DNA of 64,000 nt from a virus (lineage: Duplodnaviria; Caudoviricetes), in the IMG/VR virus record IMGVR_UViG_3300021426_000064, positions 120,342-184,341 of that record. One strand, given 5' to 3'. The notes below the pieces were generated by a model. The model did not search any database. It was not told the origin of the DNA and saw only the letters and a list, made by a program, of their open reading frames with translations. Both the position numbers and the translations under genes were made by a program. This document shows, piece by piece, positions 29,190-37,998 of the stretch. How positions within the stretch are numbered: the stretch's first letter is position 1; each line of letters opens with the position of its first letter.

Positions 29190-31585
29190 TGTCATTAGCG
29201 CAAACAATAAAGCATTTAAAAAATACGATAACGAATTACACTAACTTTATCAATAGCAAGTCTATCGAGAACTTCGCTACCACTAAGATAGTCAATTATA
29301 TTAACGGAACTGAAGGCGGCGCAAAATCTATCCGCAATATGATTAAAAATAGAACGTTTAAAAATTTGCCGCCTAAAATTGGTTACTTCAATGAAACCAC
29401 TGTACCGTTAATTGCTAACTTCAATATGTCGATTAATGCGGATGCTCCGTGGGTAATTTCGGACGACCAGGGACGAGAGCTAATGTATTTCCCTGCGAAG
29501 GGGAGTCCTACGGACTCGGTTAAGGTATTCAGAGCATATCGTATGAGCACAGGTTCAGGCTTCATCTATGAAAACGAACCGATAATTCCAGGATATCTTG
29601 AGAACGACGGCAAATATCTAACCAACATACGTGGACTAGGCAATCAATACATGGTTGCTATCACAACGGGCGGAAGGGTTCATATTATTAATACTTTTGG
29701 TGAACCGGATACATGGACGTTAGAAGCAGATATTACCGATTTATACAACTCTGTTCCAGATATTCGCCTGAGTGTTATCTACTTTAAGGAATATGGTACG
29801 ATTTACATTCCCGGCACCGTAGGAGACGGCCATAACATTGGAGGCCGATTATACAGAGTGTCTACTGGCGAGCTAATAAAGACAGATAAAATCTTTGATT
29901 TTGTACAAGTAATTGAAGAGCAAAACTCAAACATAAAAACGATGTATGCTGAAATAGGAGACGCTGCCGCGGTTTATAACGAAGCAACGAGCGAAATAGC
30001 TTGGCTTGGACGTAGCTATATTCAATGGTACAACTCGGATAACTCGGTAAGTGCAAATTATCATTCCATGTTAGTGCTGTGCGACTGCCCCAAAGAGCAT
30101 TTTATGGATGGACGTGGAACGTTAGTCAACAAGATACCAAACAGCGAATATAAAATACAAGCGCACAAAAGAGGGTTATGCCCGCGAGGAGATAGCGGAA
30201 TGAGGCACGCTACATACGACTCAATGGAAAAGGTAATTCGAACCGTTTATCGATATCAGAGTTCAGATTCAATTGATTTGTTTACCAGAAGCGCTACATC
30301 TTCAGTAAGTCATGCCTGTGATTACTTCTTAGGTGGACTTGTCACATCTGGTATTCAAAGCTCTGATGCTGCGCCATGGGCTAAACGAATGATGCAGCCA
30401 GTGGTCTATAATGATGACACATATTTGTATGGCATAAGTAAGAAATATGGCGGACAGCGTATCCATGTGGATTTTGTGACAGACGGCAACGGATTGTGCA
30501 ATATAACAGCGGGAACGTGGTGGCTGTCCGGGTCGTACGGGGATTGCGGAGATTTGTCCCTACCTCTGATCTCCTGTATTAAGACAGGAAACTCGTCTAA
30601 GTTTTATTACACCGACGGCAGTAATATTGCGAGAGAGATTCGCACAGAAAGCTTTACATCGGATGATTATGCGCGAAATGGTAGAAGATACTTGGTTGAC
30701 ACAGATATTAAAGCGCCGGGGATACCGTCTGGTTATTTCATTAAATCGAGGATGTATAATCCTAAGTGGAATAAATGGTTCTTTATATCCGAAAAGAGCG
30801 GGACGGCTTTGGCTGGTGATACTTTTCTATTAGAATATGATATCACAACTGGAGCATGGACGGAGCATTGGGATGAACGACCACAGTCGTGGCTGGATGC
30901 TGCACAAGCCTCTTTGAGTAGTCTGGGAAATTATTCGGGATGTGGCGTATCATCAAACGCGTTTATCGATGACGACGGTACTATGTATTTTAGGGTATGC
31001 TTCAATTTTATCGGCGGCTCTGGCAATGAGCATCTGATTAAGTTAACTCGCAACGGGAATAACTATACGATGACTCCCGTGGGTGGCGCGGTAATGTCCG
31101 GCACTTACGCTTCCAACCATCATATGTTTGGCTGGAATAACAAGTATCATTACTTCTTTGCGTGGGGGTCAGTAGTAGGAACTACGGAATCTCGAATTTA
31201 TTCTACTAGGCATTGGGGAGATTCGCCAGACAAGCCTAACGGCGCAAAGTCATTATTTGAAGACGGTGATTACTATACTTGGCGTTTTGTATGTGCCAGC
31301 GCTACTGGTATGGTTTGTTACCTACAGGATACACCGGTATTTTTAGGCGGTTACTTCTCAACGGTTCCCGCTAAGGAAATCCCCCTTAAACCGAATTCTG
31401 CTAACTATATTTATTTCCATAGAAATAGTGATGATTACAAGGTAGTAGACGTAGAGGTAACACAGTCGCCGCGAAATGATGTGGACGGTTTTAACCGTAT
31501 CTACCTTACCAAGGTGGTAACAAACGCCGATGGTCCTGTATCGCAGGAATATAATCAGATAGATAATTATCATAAGAAAAGATAA
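29186..31585 (+). CDS. large beta-rich receptor-binding/tail protein (family B)
   Basis: 799 aa; paralog of 26637 (PW...D..GRE..YF.A, PWAK, KYGG, GWN.K). Confidence 0.7.
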   Translation: MMSLAQTIKHLKNTITNYTNFINSKSIENFATTKIVNYINGTEGGAKSIRNMIKNRTFKNLPPKIGYFNETTVPLIANFNMSINADAPWVISDDQGRELMYFPAKGSPTDSVKVFRAYRMSTGSGFIYENEPIIPGYLENDGKYLTNIRGLGNQYMVAITTGGRVHIINTFGEPDTWTLEADITDLYNSVPDIRLSVIYFKEYGTIYIPGTVGDGHNIGGRLYRVSTGELIKTDKIFDFVQVIEEQNSNIKTMYAEIGDAAAVYNEATSEIAWLGRSYIQWYNSDNSVSANYHSMLVLCDCPKEHFMDGRGTLVNKIPNSEYKIQAHKRGLCPRGDSGMRHATYDSMEKVIRTVYRYQSSDSIDLFTRSATSSVSHACDYFLGGLVTSGIQSSDAAPWAKRMMQPVVYNDDTYLYGISKKYGGQRIHVDFVTDGNGLCNITAGTWWLSGSYGDCGDLSLPLISCIKTGNSSKFYYTDGSNIAREIRTESFTSDDYARNGRRYLVDTDIKAPGIPSGYFIKSRMYNPKWNKWFFISEKSGTALAGDTFLLEYDITTGAWTEHWDERPQSWLDAAQASLSSLGNYSGCGVSSNAFIDDDGTMYFRVCFNFIGGSGNEHLIKLTRNGNNYTMTPVGGAVMSGTYASNHHMFGWNNKYHYFFAWGSVVGTTESRIYSTRHWGDSPDKPNGAKSLFEDGDYYTWRFVCASATGMVCYLQDTPVFLGGYFSTVPAKEIPLKPNSANYIYFHRNSDDYKVVDVEVTQSPRNDVDGFNRIYLTKVVTNADGPVSQEYNQIDNYHKKR

Positions 31586-31603
31586 AGGATAAAGTGAGTA
31601 TGT

Positions 31604-32197
31604 ATGGATACCAAAAACTATAAGATTGATGTCAAAACATCGAGAACTGTAGAAGCTTTGTTTTTGGAATTAAATGTCTACAAAGAAAGACGAAAATTGA
31701 CTTCTATCACTAAGAAAATAGAGTCTGACTTTGAGGCTGTCTTATTAACGAATGAAAAACATCAGTTAAATCGTGGAGTATTATGGGCTACGCCGAAAGA
31801 AGCAATGCAGGTGGCCCCGAAAATAATTGAACAGCGGTTGGTTCTTGCGGAGGATTTAACAGACCTTTCCATGACATTTTCAAACCTTAGCTCTTTAGAA
31901 TATGTAGATCTATCAGACTGGGATACTTCAAGAGTTACAAATTTTGATTCGATGTTTAACCACTGTGATAACCTGAAGAGAATTGACGGTGTAATTGATT
32001 TATCTAGTATTGACAAAGTGTTTATTCCATACAAAAGCAACCCTTTAGGCAATATGTTTTATAGTTGTAAGGCATTAGAGAGCAAGGTTGTTATAAAAAA
32101 TCCGCCATCAGATTACCTTGATATAGAAGACGGAAGAATCAAATGGGAAAAATATACCCAATTATCGTTAGACAAATTTGAATTCATTTTTGAATAA
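31604..32197 (+). CDS. DUF285/BspA-like LRR protein (family C N-terminus)
   Basis: LDLSDWDTSRVTNFDSMF..C-type repeats. Confidence 0.75.
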   Translation: MDTKNYKIDVKTSRTVEALFLELNVYKERRKLTSITKKIESDFEAVLLTNEKHQLNRGVLWATPKEAMQVAPKIIEQRLVLAEDLTDLSMTFSNLSSLEYVDLSDWDTSRVTNFDSMFNHCDNLKRIDGVIDLSSIDKVFIPYKSNPLGNMFYSCKALESKVVIKNPPSDYLDIEDGRIKWEKYTQLSLDKFEFIFE

Positions 32198-32206
32198 GGA
32201 GAAAGT

Positions 32207-32875
32207 ATGAATACTAAAACTTATAACGTCAATTTAAAAGCTAAGAAAACTGAACTCGGTGGAGAACTATCCATTAACGTCGTAAAGTCAAGCGACGTTA
32301 TCAGCAGGCGCAAGTCGTATGATGCCAATATGGCATTAATCATACTTCAGCAACATCACTGGATGGACATGATTTACCCCGATGATTACGACACTATGAC
32401 TAAATTGCGCGACGAATTTATGCTTGATCCATCCATGGATGATCTAGGCACCATGTTCAGTGGCTGTGTCAGCCTAGAAGAAATTGACACCCATTTGTTT
32501 AACACTTCCAATATTAAACGCATGGATGGCATGTTTCAAAACTGCGCCTCTGTAAAAAGATTAGATCTGCGTCATTTTGACGTAAGCAAGGTAGAAGATA
32601 TGACCAGTATGTTTGAAGGATGTTCTGAATTAGAGAGTCTAGATTTTTCAGGCTGGGACACTTCCAAAGTTCAAAACTTTAACCGGCTATTTTTTGATTG
32701 CCCCAATCTAAAGGAAATAAAGGGGGTGTTGGATTTATCATCTGCCATATCCAACGCTTATTGCTTTGCCGACAATAAGAATAACGTCTTGAAGTTAAAG
32801 ATAAAGAATGTGCCCAGTGGTTTTAATATCAAAAGGACTGGGCTTAATGAGAACCAACTGGAAATAGTTTCCTGA
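32207..32875 (+). CDS. DUF285/BspA-like LRR protein (family C N-terminus)
   Basis: FNTSNIKRM..MF, FDVSKVEDM..MF, WDTSKVQNF repeats. Confidence 0.8.
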   Translation: MNTKTYNVNLKAKKTELGGELSINVVKSSDVISRRKSYDANMALIILQQHHWMDMIYPDDYDTMTKLRDEFMLDPSMDDLGTMFSGCVSLEEIDTHLFNTSNIKRMDGMFQNCASVKRLDLRHFDVSKVEDMTSMFEGCSELESLDFSGWDTSKVQNFNRLFFDCPNLKEIKGVLDLSSAISNAYCFADNKNNVLKLKIKNVPSGFNIKRTGLNENQLEIVS

Positions 32876-32912
32876 GTTCTACATTCCGATGTAGCTGAAC
32901 TTTGTATCCACA

Positions 32913-32932
32913 GGTAATATGTCCCATGTAAG
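32913..32932 (+). promoter_or_regulatory. candidate phage late promoter GGTAAT-N9-GTAAG
   Basis: Same spacing at 21621-21639 and 35782-35800; variants at 17014, 20979 and 40043. Confidence 0.55.
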
Positions 32933-33012
32933 GTGGTGCGAGGCGGCAATGTTCTTGCCGCCAGCGTTAATCCTTACGCGTAAACATCTATACTATATAA
33001 GGAGAAATGTAC

Positions 33013-33996
33013 ATGTCTCTTACAAACCTCTCTCAGATTAAAGGTCTGAAAAATCTTCGCAGCGATGTAGACTTGCTCTTAAAGTCCTATGATGCTGCAA
33101 AAGTAGTTACCCAAATCGCTAAAGCTGAAGGCGAAGGCAACTACAATGTCGAGGAACTGCTCGAAGCATTGAAGTCCAAACTGGATGCCATCGCTGGCAC
33201 CGAAGGCGAAGGCCAGTCTCTCGACGCCTTAAAAAAGGCCATTGATGGCCTGAAGAATAAGGCTATTAAGGCTTACACGGGCAATGCTGAAGAACCCGTA
33301 AAAGAATACAAGCTGGCTGAACTGCCTGAAGACGCACTCTTAAAAGGTGAAGAGCTGGATATTACGGCTTACCAGAATGCCTTGGACGCGCTGGTAGCTA
33401 AACTGGCCGCCAATAAGGAACTTATTAACGCTGTTAAAGAGCTTATCGGCGATAAGAGCGTACAGACAAGCATCGAAGAAGCAGTAGCTGAAGTTAATGC
33501 AGCGCTGGCTCTTAAAGGTGACAAGGCCGTAGTTGAAAAGGCCGATGCTGACCTGAAGATTCTGGATACCAAGATTGAAGAGCTGGAAAACAGCACAGTA
33601 GTTGAAGTACAGGACGTTATCGAGCTGGGCGAAGTTCAGGTTGATCTGCCACTTTCCGATTCTCCCAAAGCTCAGGAAGTGCGCCTCTACGTTAATGGTG
33701 CCGTTTATTACGAGAACGATGACTTCACCGTTGACCGCAAGGCTAAGAAGTTGACCTGGACCTCCGCTGATTTTGCTTTGACGAGTGCTATCGCCGCCAA
33801 AGTTACGGCTAAGTATTACGTCGATGCGGGCCTGGGCTTTGATCCGTCCCTCATCCAGATTGACGATTCAAAGATTACTCTAACTCGTGAAGAGCCTGAG
33901 AAGTCCTTTAACGTAACCATCCCGGCTGACTGTACGCTGGAAGTAGTTCCGAGCGATCCTGAAGCTGTTGAAGTAACGGTAACGGAAGTTCAGTAA
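33013..33996 (+). CDS. virion coiled-coil fibre/stalk protein (family A)
   Basis: Paralog of 35886 (MSLTNL.QIKG...KSYDAAKV; DDFTVDR.A.K.TWT). Confidence 0.7.
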   Translation: MSLTNLSQIKGLKNLRSDVDLLLKSYDAAKVVTQIAKAEGEGNYNVEELLEALKSKLDAIAGTEGEGQSLDALKKAIDGLKNKAIKAYTGNAEEPVKEYKLAELPEDALLKGEELDITAYQNALDALVAKLAANKELINAVKELIGDKSVQTSIEEAVAEVNAALALKGDKAVVEKADADLKILDTKIEELENSTVVEVQDVIELGEVQVDLPLSDSPKAQEVRLYVNGAVYYENDDFTVDRKAKKLTWTSADFALTSAIAAKVTAKYYVDAGLGFDPSLIQIDDSKITLTREEPEKSFNVTIPADCTLEVVPSDPEAVEVTVTEVQ

Positions 33997-34085
33997 TTTC
34001 ACCTCAAATGAATTAAATAATAATATCATATAGCGGAGTTAAAATAATAATCGCTTATGACTTATAAATAAAAGGATGATTTTAA

Positions 34086-35129
34086 ATGAGTAGAAAACTT
34101 AAGGATTATAATGTGTTAGTAAAAGCGCTGGGCAATTTCCCATTGGTTAGCTTAGATGTTAATGTTCTTAGAAAAGGTGAGAACGTCTTTAAGTTAACTA
34201 AATGGATTGAGAGTAAAGGTTTTTTTCCGAAAAAAGGAAAAGCTCTTAACGATTACACCTGGGACGAAATATCTCAGATTGCTCAGGCTGGCGTAGGGGA
34301 AGATTATTTTGATGTCGGAGACTGCAAGGAAATCACTCTCAATGGCAAAATCGGCGATTACCTGACACTTTCCAATCAGAAGCTTTGTGTGTTTATCTTG
34401 GATTTCAACCATCCTGAAAATGGGGTGGCGGAGAATAATATTATCTTTGGCGGATTTAAGACGGCGTTATCTGGCGGTAAAGATGTTGCGCTATGTGACT
34501 CTAAATATAATACTGCATCCATGGACGGCAGTATATGTTTCAATATGAGCCACAAGACAACTGCCACATCAGGCAACGATCAGTATGGATATAATCATGG
34601 CGGCTGGAAAGGCTCTGACCTTCGTTATGATATCCTCGGCGCCACCAGCACGGCTCCAAGCCAGTACAACAAAGACAAAACCACTTCCAATGTTGGCTAC
34701 GATGCTACGGCTGCTACGTTGACTTCTCCAAAGGCGAATACTTTCTTGGCAGCCCTGCCCTCAGACCTGAGAAGTGTTTTACGCCTTCGTACACATTATG
34801 TAGATAACAAAGGTAATGAATCTAATGTGGATGCTAACGTAACTGCCGTGACAGACGCTGTATCGCTCTTAGCTGAGCCCGAGATTTTCAGTTCGAGTTC
34901 CTATGCAAATCAGTACGAGAAAAATCACCAAACGCGGATGAAGTATTATGCCAACGGCAATTCAACAGTGAAATACAATCACAGTAACACTGGCTCCGCT
35001 GTCCGTTGGTGGGAGTGTTCTCCTTACTACAACTACTCGACCTGCTTCTGTTTTGTGGACTCCAGCGGCTACGCCGACTACAGCTACGCTCGTCGCTCTT
35101 GTGCGTTGGCCCCCGCTCTCAAAGTTTAG
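34086..35129 (+). CDS. DUF6273-like/CLec-fold receptor-binding protein, DGR target (family C N-terminus)
   Basis: LNDYTWDEIS.I...G.GEDYFDVGD, GGWKGS.LR, LLAEPEIF, WWECSPY...FCFV...G.A....A..S.ALAP C-terminus. Confidence 0.8.
   Translation: MSRKLKDYNVLVKALGNFPLVSLDVNVLRKGENVFKLTKWIESKGFFPKKGKALNDYTWDEISQIAQAGVGEDYFDVGDCKEITLNGKIGDYLTLSNQKLCVFILDFNHPENGVAENNIIFGGFKTALSGGKDVALCDSKYNTASMDGSICFNMSHKTTATSGNDQYGYNHGGWKGSDLRYDILGATSTAPSQYNKDKTTSNVGYDATAATLTSPKANTFLAALPSDLRSVLRLRTHYVDNKGNESNVDANVTAVTDAVSLLAEPEIFSSSSYANQYEKNHQTRMKYYANGNSTVKYNHSNTGSAVRWWECSPYYNYSTCFCFVDSSGYADYSYARRSCALAPALKV
34995..35129 (+). repeat. DGR variable region (VR) candidate
   Basis: Codons at variable positions end in C/T (TAC TAC AAC TAC; GAC TCC AGC; GAC TAC AGC TAC), as expected for AAY-derived codons. 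Confidence 0.7.
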
Positions 35130-35144
35130 TCTTTAGTCCATAAA

Positions 35145-35174
35145 AGTCCCGCGCCCCGGCAGGGCGCGAGGACT
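35145..35174 (+). other. GC-rich hairpin downstream of the VR (DGR target-recognition hairpin candidate)
   Basis: AGTCC-CGCGCCC-CGGCA-GGGCGCG-A-GGACT, no U-tract, ~15 nt after the stop. Confidence 0.6.
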
Positions 35175-35203
35175 GCTCATAATCTACAAGGAGGAAGTTA
35201 TTA

Positions 35204-35629
35204 ATGCGGTACATCACCATAAAACGCTACAGACGTGACGGTGTAGGCGGGCACTTCAACCTTCCATACGGCACACCCGTAGCAGAACGTGAAGGCGTCC
35301 TTTACCACGACAATCGTCCTATATGTGCGGCATGTTCATACTCGTCCCACAAGCACTTTGCCCACGACGATGATGGACATGGACAAGAACGTGGCAAGTT
35401 ATCCCACGGCATAATCAAAAAGCTAGGCGGTACTCATTGCCCCGGGGAACCTACTCCAGAATGGGATGCTATCGAAAATGACGAAATCGCCAATAGCTAC
35501 CGCAGAAAAGACCATGTAACATCATGGCTGTGGGACGATTCATTTTTCAAAGCACCGATAAAAGATCTGCAACATATCGCGGTCAAAATAGGACTTATAA
35601 AAGAGGGAGAAAAGGTACAAAATAATTGA
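35204..35629 (+). CDS. hypothetical protein
   Basis: 141 aa, RBS GGAGG; NLPYGT, HFAHDDDG.G.ERG.L and WLW..SFF.A.I.DL resemble proteins I recall near Firmicute phage DGRs (unverified). Confidence 0.65.
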   Translation: MRYITIKRYRRDGVGGHFNLPYGTPVAEREGVLYHDNRPICAACSYSSHKHFAHDDDGHGQERGKLSHGIIKKLGGTHCPGEPTPEWDAIENDEIANSYRRKDHVTSWLWDDSFFKAPIKDLQHIAVKIGLIKEGEKVQNN

Positions 35630-35885
35630 TACCGAAACTAACAGTATTCAAGAAGAAACGCAAAAATAAAGCGATTATTCTTTTGGGTTTGCCCTGGCTT
35701 CTGCGTCGGCTAATAACCCAGCTCATACAAAATACTTTCCTGTGTTCTGCGGTTAGATATAGCTAATCTCATTATCCACAGGTAATGTATACGATGTAAG
35801 AGAAAAGCTCGGGCGGTCTATTTTAAGAGGCCGCCGACGCTATCTCTTAATAAAAATTCTATATTATATAAAGGAGAAATGTGAC

Positions 35886-37370
35886 ATGTCACTCACAAAT
35901 CTTGCTCAAATTAAAGGTGGTCTTCAGCTTCAGGCTGACGTGCAGGCACTTCTGAAGTCCTACGATGCTGCCAAGGTTCTGACTAAGGTTGCCAAGGCTG
36001 TAGGCGAAGGTGAAGAAGCCGCCAACTATAACGTCGAAGAGCTCCTGACAGAACTCAAAGCTAAGATTGATGCTATCGCTGGCAACGGCGAGGAAGGCGA
36101 CGCGGCCTCCCTGACATCTCTAGCAGCTGCTATCGATGCTCTTAAGGACAAGAAACTCAAGGATATGGTTCGCGTTGAGTTCAGCATCGCTTCTGGCGTA
36201 GCTACTCTGCCCGAAAACTTTGATACTCTTGTACCGGCCTGCGACAAAACGAAGGCTCTGCCGGTTTACACAGCTGACAACGAAGTCGTATTCAACGAGA
36301 ACGGTGAACAGCTGACCATCGTTCCGGAAACTGGCGTACTGAACGGCGTACCTTCCGAAATCGACGCTGAAGCATCCGCTGCCGCTGAAGATGGCAAAGC
36401 TGTTTACAAGGCTAAAGCTGATTTCCAGGCCAAGATTTTCCCTGTTGGTGAATGGAAGCTGGCTGACCTGCCGACCGAAGCTCTGCTCGACAACAACGAA
36501 ATGCAGCTGGTTGCCTACAAGACGGCTCTTGACAAGCTCGTTATCGACCTGACAAAGGACGAAAACCTGATTGCTCAGGTTAAGGAACTGGTAGGCGAGC
36601 AGGCTGTACAGACTCAGCTCGAAGAGGCCCTGAAGGCTGTTAACGAAGCAGTAGCTGCTAAAGCTGAAAAGACGGCAGTAGATGAACTGGCCGGCACGGT
36701 AAGCGACATCGATGAGCGCGTAAAGGCCATCGAGGGAACACAGGATGAGGCGGTTTCCGATAAGGTTGCCGTTACCGCTCCTGTTACTGAGTTTACTCTG
36801 TCCAAAAAGCCTAACGCTAAGCTGGTTGAGGCCGTTATCAACCACCTCGTATACCGCGAAGGTGATGACTTTACGGTTGACCGCGACGCTCAGAAAGTAA
36901 CTTGGACGCTGACGGCCGCTAATGATGGCTTCGATATCGATGCTGATCTGACGGACGCTGTACGGTTCAACTATTTTTTTAAGGTCGCCGGTGGGGTAAA
37001 TCCTGCACCGGCTCCTGCGAATAAAGGCTGGGAAGTAACCGTAAACGTTCCCAAGAGTGCAACAACGCTCGACCTTCAGAAGGTTTTGACGGCTGAACAG
37101 CTCGCGGATATCACTGACGAAAACGCTGCCGGCCCGGAATCTGATGGCGTAGGCCGTAAGATTCGTTGCTATGTGAACGGCGTAGAACTCAAATGGGACT
37201 ACGAAAACACTGGCGATGAAGAAGTAGAGGCTGCTCTCGTAGCTTCCGGCCTAACCAAGGGTAAGGAATTCGTATTCGGTACTTACGAACTGGATAGCTC
37301 GAAGATCCTGAACTTCAGCTGCGGCTGGAGCGAAACCGGCTGCGACGTAAAAATCGTTTACCAGCCGTAA
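35886..37370 (+). CDS. virion fibre/stalk protein (family A)
   Basis: 494 aa, strongly biased codon usage, paralog of 33013. Confidence 0.75.
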   Translation: MSLTNLAQIKGGLQLQADVQALLKSYDAAKVLTKVAKAVGEGEEAANYNVEELLTELKAKIDAIAGNGEEGDAASLTSLAAAIDALKDKKLKDMVRVEFSIASGVATLPENFDTLVPACDKTKALPVYTADNEVVFNENGEQLTIVPETGVLNGVPSEIDAEASAAAEDGKAVYKAKADFQAKIFPVGEWKLADLPTEALLDNNEMQLVAYKTALDKLVIDLTKDENLIAQVKELVGEQAVQTQLEEALKAVNEAVAAKAEKTAVDELAGTVSDIDERVKAIEGTQDEAVSDKVAVTAPVTEFTLSKKPNAKLVEAVINHLVYREGDDFTVDRDAQKVTWTLTAANDGFDIDADLTDAVRFNYFFKVAGGVNPAPAPANKGWEVTVNVPKSATTLDLQKVLTAEQLADITDENAAGPESDGVGRKIRCYVNGVELKWDYENTGDEEVEAALVASGLTKGKEFVFGTYELDSSKILNFSCGWSETGCDVKIVYQP

Positions 37371-37386
37371 AACTAAATGCAGGTTA

Positions 37387-37418
37387 ATAGAGTGCCCTGC
37401 CATGGGGCGCTCTATTTT
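37387..37418 (+). terminator. intrinsic terminator
   Basis: ATAGAGTGCCC...GGGCGCTCTAT followed by TTT. Confidence 0.75.
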
Positions 37419-37444
37419 ATCTTCTTTTTAGTAAAGGAGTAAAA

Positions 37445-37981
37445 ATGGCATACGATAAAACAAATGATTTGTTTCCGATTCAGAATGATGTTTTAACGAC
37501 ACTTCTGACAAATAATACGAAAATATCCAAGTTAAATGGCCTAAAAACTGATGGTAAGTCGGTAGTGAAGGCGATCAACGAATTGTTGGGTAAGTTAAAT
37601 ACCGCCCTCAGCCAGGTAACTACGGCCAGTCAGGAAGCTAATGCGGCAAAAGACGGCGTGGCTGGAGTTAAAACGGAAGTTCAGACAATGGTTACTGAGA
37701 TTGTAACCCAGAAGATGACGGAGATTGTATCCGGTGGCATCCAGAACGACGAATTTACTTGCGAGGACAATCAGACGGTATTCACGTTATCCAAGACACC
37801 TATCGATAAAGATAATATCTTGTTCTATATTAATGGGGTAAAGTACAGGAAAGTTGATTGCCGTTATGACGAATCGACAAATACTGTTGAATGGGTTAAT
37901 ACGGACATTGATGAAAATCATCCGCATCCGTTCTGCTTAAAAAGCACAGATGCCGTGTCAGCCGTATATATGAGTAAGTAA
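37445..37981 (+). CDS. tail fibre-associated protein
   Basis: LKTDGKSVVKAINEL fibre repeat; QTVFTLSKTP...FYINGV. Confidence 0.7.
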   Translation: MAYDKTNDLFPIQNDVLTTLLTNNTKISKLNGLKTDGKSVVKAINELLGKLNTALSQVTTASQEANAAKDGVAGVKTEVQTMVTEIVTQKMTEIVSGGIQNDEFTCEDNQTVFTLSKTPIDKDNILFYINGVKYRKVDCRYDESTNTVEWVNTDIDENHPHPFCLKSTDAVSAVYMSK

Positions 37982-37998
37982 TTGGAGGTTTTTACAAT

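Noticed and set aside
35772-35780. Perfect DnaA box TTATCCACA (near copy at 32904)
   Set aside because: Isolated and embedded in a duplicated promoter region; no box cluster or unwinding element, so not called an origin
36120-36845. Long antisense ORFs (e.g. 36120-36845, 8334-9005, 58364-59035, 55087-55719)
   Set aside because: Shadows of real genes on the opposite strand; no recognisable motifs
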